From Lama guanicoe (taxonomy: Eukaryota): 64,000 nucleotides of DNA. Made by a program: the position numbers and the translations under genes. The stretch's first letter is position 1; each line of letters begins with the position of its first letter. The notes beneath the pieces are model-generated. The model saw only the letters and a program-made list of their open reading frames with translations. It did no database searches and was not told the DNA's origin. The stretch is taken from the NCBI GenBank assembly GCA_013239625.1, contig MU053881.1:8455957-8519956 (forward strand). Direction: 5' to 3'. Below, piece by piece: positions 1-11,880 of the stretch.

Positions 1-470
1 TTACCATCCCCCGGTAACCATAAGTTTGTTTTCTATGTCTGTGAGTCTGTTTCTGTTTTGTAAATAAGTTTGTTTGGCTTTTTTTTTTTTTTAGATTCCA
101 CATATAAATGATATCATATGGTATACTTTTCTTTCTCTTTCTGTCTTACTTCACTTAAAACGACGATCTCCAGGTCCCTCCATGATGCAGCAAATGGCAT
201 TGTTTTACTCTTTTTATGGCTGAGTAATATTCCATTGAATAAATATCCCACAGCTTCTTTATCTAGTCATCTGTTGATGGACATTTAGGTTGTTTCCATA
301 TCTTGGCTATTATATATAGTGCTGCTATGAATATTGGGGTACATGTATCTTTTCAAATTAGAGTTCCCTCCAGATATAGGTCCAGGAATGGGATTGCTGG
401 ATCATATGCTAAGTCTATTTTTAGTTTTTTGAGGACTTGACATACTGTTTTCCATTACGGTTGCACCACA
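1..470 (-). mobile_element. LINE-1 ORF2 end/3' UTR fragment
   Basis: Typical antisense L1 text: ttagattccacatataaatgatatcata, tttttatggctgagtaatattccattg, gatggacatttaggttgtttccatatcttggctatt, gggattgctggatcatatg. Confidence 0.92.
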
Positions 471-489
471 GAGGGACCCTTTTAAGATG

Positions 490-1068
490 TAAAACAGATC
501 ATGCCACTCATCTGCTTAATTAAAATTCTCCAATGGCTCCCATCTAACGTGGAGTAGAAGCCCGAGCCCCCCAGGCGGACCACTGCCCCATCCGTGCCCT
601 GCTGCCCTCTGGCCTGGTGCCCTTCTCCCCGCTTCCTCCCAGGTTCTGCTACATGCACACCCTGCTCCTTGCCAGCCCTTGAGCAAACCGAATGTGATGA
701 TCACACTATAGCAGTTTTGCCCGATCGATCCTCTCTACTTGAAATGCTCCCCCACCTCCTTCAAGTCTTAGCTCACACTGCATTTTCTCATCAAGGTCTT
801 CCTCCTGAAGACCTTTACCCCTGGCCTCCCCTGCCACCCTCAAACACAGCCCCACACACCTCAGCCCCATGTTCTGCTCTCTCTTTCTCCCCAACACTGG
901 CCATTTTTAATACACGACAGAATCTCCTTACTTACTCTGTTTCTTCTGCCCAAATGAAAGCTCTGTAAGGGCAAGGATCATCGCCACTTTGCACTCTCAC
1001 GAATCCCGTGCTTCCAGAACAATGTCCAGAACGTAGCAGGAGGTCAGTAAATACCCGCTGAATGAATA
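490..1068 (+). mobile_element. LINE-2 3' fragment
   Basis: agatcatgccactc...tctccaatggctccc, ctctgtaagggcaaggatc, and an L2 tail-like end agtaaatacccgctgaatgaat. Confidence 0.7.
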
Positions 1069-2009
1069 CACGCTCGATGGTGGATTTAATCCGTTGTTCG
1101 GTTCTACCGTATCTATAATTCTTAAGAGAGTGATTTCAGCCACGGACACGCAGAGGACACTTGATGCTTGGACCTCGATGGTCACACACACGTTGCATTT
1201 GTATCACTGGCTCCATCTGCGGAGGTGGTGCCCTCCGTCCAACGAGAGCACCTTCCAGCCGAAAGAAAACCAGTAGCTTGGTAGCATCCTACCGGGAAGG
1301 ATCCTTCCCACTGAGGCTCTCATCTACTCACCTCACCTGCCCCCCGCCCCTTCTGCCATCCTCCCCTTAAGGACAAACCCTGCCACAGCAGCATGAAACT
1401 CCTTCCTTCTGTTTCTCCAACGACTCCCAGGAGCACCTGAAAATCCCATTCCTGCCATCAGATTTTAATGAGGGGGATGCACTCAGCAATTACAAACAGG
1501 AAAGGACTGATTAGGGTTTCTGTGCATCAGTGTTCCCCCCAGCATACCATGCGGCGCTCCAAGCATCAGCCTCATTCCCCATACACACTCAATTAGGCAT
1601 ATTTACTTCTCATTATCCAGTATGCAATCACGGGTGCTAATGAAAACCTCTGCTACCCCCAACAATGCAATTAATGCACTTAGCAGGCTCTCAGAAACTC
1701 TCCTGTGCCTTGGCGCCAACAGCGGTCTGCTCATTCACCCATTTAGTCATGCATTCATGCATGCATGCCCTTTTCTATTTAGCCAAGGTCAAGGGCACAC
1801 CTACTATGTGCCTTGCCAGGGAAAGACCTAGGACCAAATGAATCAGACCATGTCCTGCTGTAGAACTTGCCACAACAGGTTGAGCGGCCATACTCCAGAG
1901 TGATGAGGGACACAGCAGAGGTGTGACCAGGAGCTACTGCAACCCAGAGGAGGAGGTGGGTAGAGAGGCAGACTCCACTCCTGGCGCCAGCTCAAACCCC
2001 AGCTCTTCC

Positions 2010-2180
2010 ATGTTTGGGCTCTGAGTGTTGAGCAGCTTCTGCCCTTCAGCCCCACTTACAAGATGGGGATAATCATCCTGACATCCTAACATCCCACAGG
2101 GGAGCTGGGAGGGCTGAATGAGATGATGCCCAGGCGGGACCTCACCCAGCACACTGGCACAGGGGATGCTCAGTAAACAG
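2010..2180 (+). mobile_element. MIR SINE fragment
   Basis: MIR core-like aagatggggataatcat...gctgaatgagatgatg...cagcacactggcacag...ctcagtaaac. Confidence 0.65.
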
Positions 2181-3091
2181 GGGCTACCAGGATGTGGTGC
2201 TCGACTACAGCCTTCAGACATTTGCCAGGCATGAGCCATAGCATTCCATTCTCCTCTTGCGCAAGAGGATAAAAGGCATCCTATAGTTCAGAAGGTTGAG
2301 AGCGAGACAGAAAAATTCTCCTTCCTCTGCACACATGAACAAATGGGGCAGCAAATCTCAGAGGACAGGCATCATCTTGGCCTAGAAGGTGCACAATGGA
2401 TGAGTCCTGAATACGCGTCAACTGTCCCTGGCCGGGGGACTGCCCCCTGGGTTCTTCCACCTGTCAGACCACGTGCTTCTCCCTTTCTCAACCTATTCTG
2501 CCAACAGAGCCCCAGGGACAAAGACACTAAGAGTCTTCATTCTGGATCAGGACACCTGGATCACGGATACGAAGTGAGGGTGGGCTGACTGGTAGGATGG
2601 GCAGAGACACCACACCAGTTCATCACGGACACAAACATGTGCACGCTGCTTGGGACTCGCTGGGGCTCCGTCTGCTCCAAAAGAGTCTGTCTGCCAACAA
2701 TAAGGACACATCTACCTTACACCAAAAAAAAATCTGTATGCATGCAAATCAGTGTATGTAAAAAAAAAAAGAATGTATGTATATATACACATAAACACAC
2801 AACTGGGAAATTTCTGGAGTGATACCCAAGAAATTGATATGAAAAGCCGGGGAGATGGGCTGTGAGAGGAAGAGTTTTAGATTCTGTTTAAAACTTTCTG
2901 AACTGTTACTTATATGCAAGCATACATTCTCTCTCTACATCTGCACTGACATCTCCATCTAACTCTACGTGAAACAAAACTCAATCTGGCTTCGTGAGCC
3001 CCTGCAGGCAGCTCTTCCAGACTTGGAGGCCGGGCAGGAGGGAGAGGGGCGGGCAGAGGGGGATGGGAAGGGAGGACAGCCAGGAACTTAC

Positions 3092-3201
3092 TGGTGTTGT
3101 GGTCTATGAAGTAATCGCCAACCTGTGGGTCATACGCCTCTTCCCATCCCAGCGGCAACTCGTCACTGATGCAGTCGGCAAAGGTGAGCGGTTTGGTGTA
3201 C
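3092..3201 (-). CDS. WWC1: WWC1 (KIBRA) coding exon 2: WW1-WW2 linker and most of the second WW domain
   Basis: Minus-strand translation (R)[36 protein letters not shown](K) matches KIBRA as I recall it and differs from the WWC2/WWC3 paralogues. Acceptor TTTCTCCCCTCCCTCGCCAG|G at 3202/3201, donor CCA|GTAAGT at 3092/3091. Length 110 bp (1+36x3+1), phase 2 in, phase 1 out. Confidence 0.97.
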
Positions 3202-3236
3202 CTGGCGAGGGAGGGGAGAAACATACTCGGTCAGCC
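3202..3236 (-). promoter_or_regulatory. WWC1: 3' splice site of WWC1 intron 1: branch point, polypyrimidine tract and AG
   Basis: Minus strand GGCTGACC (yUnAy branch motif, A at 3231, about 30 nt before the exon), then a pyrimidine tract and CAG (3204-3202). Confidence 0.85.
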
Positions 3237-4509
3237 TGCAGTGCCCCAGGCCCTGCACGTGTTGCTTCTCTCAGCCCCCCTGCTCCCCTGGGCTGGCCCA
3301 CCAGATCCAGAAGCTTTGCAGTGGGACCCCGGCCCTGCAGTCCCTGCTGCTCCCCGGAAGATGAACGCGTAACTGAAGGAGCATGGTTAGATCACCTGGG
3401 AGGGAGGCAGGGAATTTGCGGCAACCCCAGCTTTGCCACTAACTTGGGAGTGGTTTGAGCAGGGCAGCTGCCTTCCCCGGGCCTCTGTTTCAGCATCTCT
3501 AACTGCAGGGGCTGCAGGAAAAGGCTCAGAGGTGAAGCCTTGCTGCTGGACTTGGACTCCAGCCCTCTCAGGCTTCTCCACCTGCAGTGCACTTGGCCAC
3601 CCCAGCTCCAGTCGTCCTCCTGGCTCCACCCTGTTTGTCGTACCTGCTCCCCTTCTGGAAAGTGAACTGACTGCAGCATCTGGCACAGCAGATGTGCCCT
3701 CCCCATGAGTTTGGCCAGTATTTTTTTTGCCTCCTGAGTTGGTTCCCAAGTGCCTGTACCCACTGCTGTCCTTCCCTACACAATCCAGGCCAAACTGATC
3801 TTTTAGCAACAACCACCCTCTCGGTCCCCATTAGGTGGCAAGTCAAGCAGTGGTAATCACCCCGTCTCGGGGGCTAAGTCAGACAGGAAAACACGTCGCT
3901 CAACTCAACGAACAAAGGTTTGTCAAGACTGCAAAACACCACAGACCACTGGTCAAGCACTTTGGCCAGTGCAGGGGGAGCCAGGCATCTAGACATGGGA
4001 ACGTCAGCCTGACCGGCCCCTCCATGCAGCCCCTTTGGTTTCTCCTCGTTTCAGCATCTGCCTAAAATACAAATTCTAATATTCTCCCTCCCTTGTCTGC
4101 TCCCCATCCCCTCCCTGATTCTGGAAGCAGACTGGCAAACTGAGGGGCGGGAGGAAAGATGACTGGGATGGGGGGAGTCTAAGATTCCTGATCAAGAACT
4201 TCCCTCCAAGCTAACGACCCTCTTATCCTGGGCTGTCTCCTTCCCTCTTAAAACCCACTCTGAGTCAAGCTTAAAGCAAAATATATGGGGGGAAAAGAAA
4301 CACTGAAAGAACCGCTGGTGGACGGACCTGGTGTGTTCGTGTACCTCTGTGTATCCACGGTCTGGTTATCTATTGACTGAAGGGATGGATAGCCCAGAAA
4401 GCTCCTGTCAGTCAGAAGCTGACCGCAGTATTGTGGGAGACAACGAGGATGAGGCAGAGGTATGTACGCTGTGTGCTCAGTATCACCCACTGAGGATTCC
4501 ATAAGCGTC

Positions 4510-4790
4510 ACTTGTTAGCTGTGGGAGTATGGCAACTCACCCGCCCTCTCCGAGTCTCAGCATTCTTATCTGAAAAGTGGGGGTAATAAGAACTCTCCAG
4601 GTTGTCAGTTAGGTTACACAAGGTCATGCTTGTAAAGACATTTTAGCACGGATCCTGGTGTGAATGAATGCACAAAGAGCATTCTCTCCACTTCCCAGAA
4701 GGGGAAACTGAGGCTGAGAAAGATTAAATAACGTCCTCAATGTCAATATCAATGACAAAGCTGGGATTTCAAGCAAGGCCCTCTGCCTTT
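4510..4790. mobile_element. Two adjacent MIR fragments in opposite orientation
   Basis: Plus strand: tagctgtg...tctcagcattcttatctgaaaagtgggggtaataag. Minus strand: gggaaactgaggctgagaaagattaaataac...gctgggatttcaagcaagg. Confidence 0.7.
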
Positions 4791-6900
4791 TGAGACCCTG
4801 CTGTGAGCCAAAATGTTCTCTTGGAAGTTGACATCTTCAGTGCATCACCCAAGCCCCTTGGAAAATTACAAGCCACCGTCTTGGAGGAAAAGAACGAAGA
4901 ATTGGAGAAGACACAGGTGATTTGTTCAGGTCAGCAAGCTCTTTACTCAGGAGGACGGATGCCAACCTGGATAAAGTTTCTGTAAAGCTGTCTTCAGCGC
5001 CTGCACCCCCCACCCTACTACTGCACCCCCCACTCAAAAGCCCTGCCCAGAAACCAAAGGCCACATCCCTCAGTGCCTCCCCCTCCTCAAACTCCTGTAA
5101 ATGTTTTGCTCTCACTTCCTTACAGAGAATGAAGATCAGGGACCAACAGCCGTTTCTCATTCAACATCATGTCATCTAATGTCTGAAAGGGTCTCTGAAG
5201 AAAAACTCCACGGACAGGCATACCCCGCCACGATGACCGACGCTGTCACCGAGGGCAGGCAAGTCTGGGAGGGGACAGGAATGCTTGGGCCAATCACAGT
5301 CAGGCTCTTCTTTCTGGCTCATTCCTCTGCCCTGAGAAGCCCTGCCTGCCAGCCTGGCTGCACAGAGATGAATCCTGTTATCTACACTGTGCAACCCAGA
5401 AAACCAAAAAGATGTGCCCCTTCTCCACAGTTCCCCGAACCCCTGCATGGGGTCATCACCTTTCAAAATTCTTTCCAGGGGATGAATTACATGATTTCCT
5501 CAATGGTGCATCTAAGCCACAGAATCTTAGGTCCCCCACAACTGGTATTCAATAAATATTTGTGGCATGGATGAATATTAGAATGAATATCCAGGAACAA
5601 GATAGTGATGCAGTGTTCTGTATTTGGCTAACGTGGAAGGATGCACTCCACACACTGAGAAAAATGACATTGTTGAATAAGAAAAGCTGCAGGACTACAG
5701 GACACTGTTTACAGTAGGATGTTTTGCCTAAAATTTGTGTGTGTGTGCAGAAGAGAAACGAGAAAGAAAGACATTAAAACGCTATCTTGGTATAGGGGTT
5801 TTAACGTAACTTTTTTCTTTTTAATTTTTTTAAACTTAGTTTCTCTGTAATATTTTTGTATCAATTATCATTAAAGATTTTTTTTTAAATAATGGCTAAA
5901 TCTAAGCCTGGAAAACAAGTTACATATATCTCAACGTCCTTCTCTGGGTAGCATTTTTCAAGTGAGAAAACACATCCAACATCACCGTAGTTGGCAAACA
6001 TCAGAGGCAGAACCTGAAGCCCCCCCGTCTGACTCCAGAACCAGAGCTTTGCTAATGAAACCTGACAAGACCAAGGGGGTCTCAGAACAATCTGGAACAC
6101 AAAGGAAGCTATGCTCGAGATACAGAGGAAGAAGCGGGCAGGGCGGGGGCAGGGGGTGGCGAGGAGGAATCTGAAGCAGGCAAAGGGCGCCGGAGCTGTG
6201 TCCTATTTGCACCTTCAGTTTTTCCACACCTTGGTGCAAAGCTATTCAGCACACTTGGATAATCCACAACTGCTTCATGAAAAGAAACTGAATGTTTCAA
6301 AGTCATCAAGACAAGTGATTCCCTGAGCTCTGTGTGTGAGGACAGGGATTGGGGGAAGAGGAGCAGGTCTGAAACACCAAAAATGCATCACTTTTCCAGA
6401 AAACCACGAACTCAATGATTGCCCCGGCCTTAAATATTGAGAAGTCAGACCTGAAATAAACTACAAGCTACAAGCATCAGTCATGCACCCGACACCGGAT
6501 ACCCTACCGGGGCCGAGATGCCGATTCCTACCTGAGGCGAATGGAGACACTGTGTCCAACAGGGATAAAGAAGAGGGAGTCGAGAGGACCAGTGTCAGAA
6601 GGAGGGGCAAGAGGAGAAAGGAAGGCTTTGGGTTTGACATTCAGGCTTCCCTTCAAAGCGATCATGGGAGGGAAAAAAAAAAACCAAAAAACAAATCAGA
6701 GAGCTGATAGTCTAGCTCTCAGCGCGTCTATGGGAAAGAGAAAAGCTTTTATTGGAAGACTATGCAATTTACAAGAAATCTGGACAGCGAGATTCTCTCT
6801 GGAACAAATGCCAAGAGGGAGATGAATTATTCAGTGTGCAGAGACGTGCCATTCAGAGAATCAGGATGAAGAAGCGTTTTTAGCTGCATAAGGATTTAAA

Positions 6901-6927
6901 CACACACACACACACACACACACACAC
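6901..6927 (+). repeat. (CA)n microsatellite
   Basis: About 13 perfect CA units. Confidence 0.95.
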
Positions 6928-8049
6928 GTATATCCACGTGCACACACTCATCCCAGAGAGAGGAGCTGTCCGTTTAAATCAGTCCCCCCTGGGAAACTGG
7001 GTGCTTCTCTGGCCTGCAGAGTTTCCCCTTGGGCAAGTGCCAAGAGTGTGAGCTGGGAAGAGATGTCTGCTTTCAGATGTGGCCAGGACTTGGGGGCCTG
7101 CCTGGAACTCCCAGCCCCCATCACTCGATGAAGTGATTCACCCCAGTCCAGCCCAGTGCAGTCTTTGCCTCCAGCCTCCAAGTCCCGGGCTGCTGAAAAA
7201 CCCCAATCATGAAATCAAATGACCCAAATGCTGGAGGGGTGAGAGGGAGTTGGGAGAGAGGGAGGGAGGGAAGGGCGCCAAGAGAGAACTCGTTCTGCCT
7301 CTTCTTAATTGCAAATCTCTGAAGGAACACAAACATTCCTGAATGTTTCACAACAGGCTCTCCTGGAAAAAGAGAGCCCCGGATGTGTTGCCTTGGCGAC
7401 AGGTAGGTTCTGTGGGATCACCTGTCCCGGGAATGCAGGCCCCTTGTCCTCCTTCCGGCTCCACATTGCTTCCCTATGGGCCACGGGAGAGGTTCCAGGG
7501 GCACATCCCCACGGCCGGCATTCGGTATTCAGACAGTGTGTCTTTTCTAAGGAGGCAGCTCAGAGAAGGAGCGGAAAGCCTTCTGCCAAGTCTAACACTG
7601 GTGGTGATTCTCTGGGGACTGAAGAACGCGTAACATATCTTTCATGTTCCTAGTGCTTCCCGAGCAATCCGAACGCTTCCCACAGTAACCTCTTTATTGC
7701 CGGCCAGCAGGATGCTGGCCCCCCGACCGGGCTCTCTCCGAGGGCCAGCTGGGCAGGATCGCTTCCTAAAGGGCCCTCCAGACTCCATGCCAAGAACTGT
7801 CCAAACTTTCAGCCGAACCTCTCCTCCCAGCCCGGGCACAGCGGGCAGGTCGGTGCTCCCCGCCCCGGGGTGTTTCACACGCATAGTTCCCATAGCTCAG
7901 GTTGCACAACTCCTGAGGACATGCCACCTCCGGACGGCGGAACACCACAGCGGAGCAGTGCCCTCGCCTTCCGCGCCCGGGAGGCCGGGGTGGGCCGGAA
8001 GAAAGTGCAATCTTTGCAGTCCTCTTTCCTTCCTTTAGTTTGGTTTGGT

Positions 8050-8560
8050 TCAAACATCTTCATTCATTCCTTAAACAAATCTGGGCTGATAAAAATAACC
8101 GTCTCATAAGTTAGTGAGGAGGGCTGAGCGCACGAACCACAGCTGACTCTTAACCAACACGCAGCTACAGAAGAAGGCAAGACAGACAGGACCCTGCCCT
8201 TACCTTCCCGCGGGAGAGAAACCCAACCGGAGAGAGTCCGCAGGATCGTTTCAGAGACTCGTGCTATTCAGAAAAGTACAACAGGGCAGTGGGATTGACC
8301 GTAAGGCGGGGCGGGGTTGGGGGGCACGCAGTCAAGGGAAGCCTCTCAGAGAAGGCGATCTCTGGGGGGAAACCAGAGTGTGAGAAACAATAGGAACAGC
8401 CAGCACAGAGGCTTTGGGGCGTGACGATGTTGGTGTGAGGAACAGAAAGGAAAGCTGCAAAGCTTCCTGTTGTGAGTGACGGAGTGGAGGCCGAGACGGG
8501 CAGAGGCTGGGCTCTTAGGGCTCTGGGCCCCCTGCTAGGGCTCTGAGTGCCCCCCTAGGG
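8050..8560 (-). mobile_element. Degenerate LINE-2 fragment
   Basis: cattcattcc..., gacaggaccctgccctta, gtcaagggaagcctctcagagaaggcgat, gaacagccagcacagaggc, gaggaacagaaaggaa. Confidence 0.55.
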
Positions 8561-9834
8561 CCAAGATGCACAAGGTGACCTGGCGAGGCTCTTCAACTCA
8601 CCCTCTCCTCGACTCCTCTCTCCCTCGTTGCGATCAGTCCTCCAGGCGACAAGAATTTATGCACGGATACAGCAGCTCAGGCTTACGTCCACCACCAAGA
8701 GGGCTCAGGCAACTGGATAAGCCTCGTTTCTGCCTTCGTGGGCAGAGGGTCTGGCCAGGGAGCCGAGGCTGACACTTAAGGCCGGTAGTGGCCCGTCCCT
8801 GTGACATCCGGTGGTGGTATATGTGGCAGTTAAAGTACGCTACCTTAGGCTGAGAACCACGGGCATTTAGAGGAGGCAGGGATAGTTAACGAGGTGCTAG
8901 GTCGTCTGTACAGATGTGAAAGACTAAGAGTTTGGGAGAAGGGAGAGATTGAGGCCATGGGGTGTAGTCGGAGGAGGCTGGAGAAGGAAGGCGTCCAGGG
9001 AGGATGGGGGTCGGCTTCATGGCCACAGGGAGGCAAGGCAGCCACTACCCCGCAAAGGCGGAGGCACTGATGCCGGGCTGAAACCCATGCTCTGCCTCTT
9101 CCACAACCACAGGCACATTATGTAAGCTTGTTAGGAGTTCCCTCCACTGTGAAACTCAGAAGTCCCAATCGCATCAGGGTGTTGTGGGGATTAAATGAGA
9201 CAGCCCATGTGGAGTGCTTAGCCCAGCGCCTGGCATGTAACAGGCCCTCCGAAAACGTGAGTGTTAACATGATCAGCTGAGAGACTTCGGTGCTGTGCGC
9301 ACCGTGAGAACCGTGTCATCTTTCATCTTAAGTTGGCAGGACACGCTAGCTATCATATCATCATCATCACTGGCCCTGTTTTTCATCTCAAGAGATAACA
9401 GCGGTGGTTAAAACTCACAAGCTCTAAAGTCAGCCACTTGGGTTGCCAGGCAGGCACCATCGTTTGCTCACTCTGTCCCCTTGGGCGTGAGCCCTAACCT
9501 GCCTGAATCTGCTTCTTCACCTGGAAAGTGGGGATGCTCAGCGTGACCACTTGGTGAAATATATTCATACTGTATATGTGCAGTCAAATTGTATCAGTTT
9601 TACCGAAAAAAGCTGAAAAATGAAAAAAAATTATTCTCATGGTAGTGTTATGTACTAGAAGAGAAAAAAAAATGCAGCAACCTAAAGTCCAAAAATACAG
9701 ACTGATTAACTTGCAGCAAGATCACAGAATGTTCTATTACATGGCCATCAGAAATCATGTTTCCAGGAGATATGTAACAGCATGCAAAAATGCTGAGAAT
9801 GTAACGTTAAATGTAGTGTCAAAAGTAAGTTACA

Positions 9835-10114
9835 TCACAGACATAGAAAACAAACTTTTGGTTACCAGCGGGGAAAGGGGCTCGGGAGGGATAAATCAGG
9901 AGTTTGGGATTTGCAGATGCTAACAACTGTGTATAAACTAGATAAACAGCAAGGTCCTACTGGACAGCACAGGGAACTATAGTCAACATCCTATAATAAC
10001 CTATAAAGAAAAAACATATATGCACACATAACCAAATCACTATGCTATACACCAGAAATTAACACGACATTTGTAAGTTGACTATACTTCAATGAAAAGT
10101 TTTTTTCATTAAAA
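9835..10114 (+). mobile_element. 5'-truncated young L1 3' end with perfect 14-bp TSD
   Basis: tcacagacatagaaaacaaacttttggttaccagcggggaaagggg...gactatacttcaat, flanked by AAAAGTAAGTTACA at 9821-9834 and 10115-10128. It sits inside an older L1M-like relic (about 9550-10290). Confidence 0.93.
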
Positions 10115-10375
10115 AAAAGTAAGTTACAAAAGTGTATATATAGTATTGTATGCTTTAATTATAAAAGTAAATATTTGCATAGGGAAAAAAGTAGAAAGAA
10201 GTACAGAGCAGAGCAGTTATCTCTGGGTGATAGGATCATAAGATACTGTTCTTTTCTCTTTGTTTATGTCTATTTTCCACTTTGAAGAAGTACACCAGGT
10301 AACCTAAAAAAAAAAATATGAGCTGTGCAGAGCCCATGGCACACAGGGCTCCACCAATATTAACTGTTAATATTA

Positions 10376-10613
10376 GTTTTTTTTTTCAATTCTTATTTTT
10401 TTTTAAAGTGTAGTTGATTTATAATATTAGTTTCAGGTGTACAGCAAAGCAATTCAGTTACACATATACATACATACATATATGCATATGTTTTTTCAGA
10501 TTCTTTTCCATTACACCTCATTACAAGAAATAGAATATAGTTCCATGTGCTATACAGTACGTCCTTGTTGTTTATCTATTTTATATACAGTGATGTGTAT
10601 CTATTAATCCAAA
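10376..10613 (-). mobile_element. L1 3' end fragment
   Basis: T-rich tail, then aagtgtagttgatttataatattagtttcaggtgtacagcaaag...gaatatagttccatgtgctatacagta. Confidence 0.88.
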
Positions 10614-11544
10614 TGTTTTATGTCCTTTTCCAAGAGGCAAAATAACTTTCTGTGCTAATAGCTGATAAGCCTTGAACTGTATTCCACGACCTCCTTTCCT
10701 GGAGAAGCTGAAACTACTTAAGGTCTCTCTCTTTTTGTGGGGGCAGGGGGGGCAGAAGCTAAACCAGAGAAAGTTAAGAGGTGGCAGCTGGATTGGATCT
10801 GGCTCTCAACATTTGTTCTCTGAAGGAGGCGTTTAATTACACCAGGAATTTCCATGTTCTCTTTCTCTTAAACACTCCCCTCTACTCTCAAAACACCTGT
10901 CTTAACATTCTGCTCATCTGACCCCCAGATTTCCTAGCTTCCCTTCTTTGGTTGGGCTGGTTTATCCAGAAGCTTTCTTGGTCTAGTCACTCCCATTCCT
11001 GGAATTCTCGTAAGGGGGGGAAAAGAAGTGAAGGAGGAGCTGGAGGGGAAGGAAGGTTCCAGACTTCTCCCCCACCCACCTCTAGTCCTCAAACCGGGGC
11101 TCCCACAAACCAGTGGCTCACCTCCCCCTGCTGAATCTCGCCCTCACTCTGCCCCACACTGCCCTTCCCGGAGTTCTTGGGATCAGCACGCCTGGGTCCT
11201 GGGCCTGTTCCCTTCCATGGCCTCCATCCCCGTGACTCTCTGCTTACTCATGTCCAGATAGCCTCCAGCTCCCTGACTCCGTGGTGATGCTGCTATTTGA
11301 GCGTGCATCTTACTCGCTGGGATTAAAGATTAAGATGCTGAGAACCAGGTCATGGCTACCTGCCTACCGGACAGCCAAGCTCAACCTAAGACGTGTTTGT
11401 CTGTCTACTACCGTGCTGTATTTTAAGAATGGAGCTACCGTGCCTTTGAAGGCAGGTACTGTCCAGCTGCACACAGTCCCCACTGCTCTCTGACGTGTTT
11501 CTCCTAAATCTTGTCCCATTAAGCAGCAGCACAGAGCAGCAGGA

Positions 11545-11880
11545 AGAACGCCGTGCTGTGGAGTCAGACTCCCTGGGCTTAAATCTCGGCTCTGCCAGTT
11601 GTTAGCTGTGTGACCTTGGGCGAGACACTTAAACTCTCTTCAGCTTAGTTTTCATGCTCACGTAACAGGAAAAATTATAATACGCCAATGGAGCAATCTG
11701 TGCCAGAAATGTTCCGAGCACTCTGCACACATTAACTCACTGGTCCTCCTGACAACACATCCACGTAGGTCCCATTCAGACCCACCCTAGGGCGTCCTTT
11801 GAGGATTAGATGAGATAATGGATGAAACAGCACTTTGGTATACAGTGCAGGCTCCATAAATGTGAGCAATTCATTATTAC
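11545..11880 (+). mobile_element. MIR with a nested opposite-strand MIR piece
   Basis: ggagtcagactccctgggcttaaatctcggctctgccagttgttagctgtgtgaccttgggcgag...gaggattagatgagataatggatgaaacagcac. Confidence 0.75.

Larger units (their letters stand above)
1..3091 (-). other. WWC1: WWC1 intron 2 (partial)
   Basis: Begins with GTAAGT (3091-3086, minus strand). The next exon (KTTQIEDPR...) is not seen in the window. Confidence 0.85.

Noticed and set aside
2910..3224. 104-aa ORF as a stand-alone WW protein
   Set aside because: Only 3092-3201 is exon; both flanks are intron beyond canonical splice sites.
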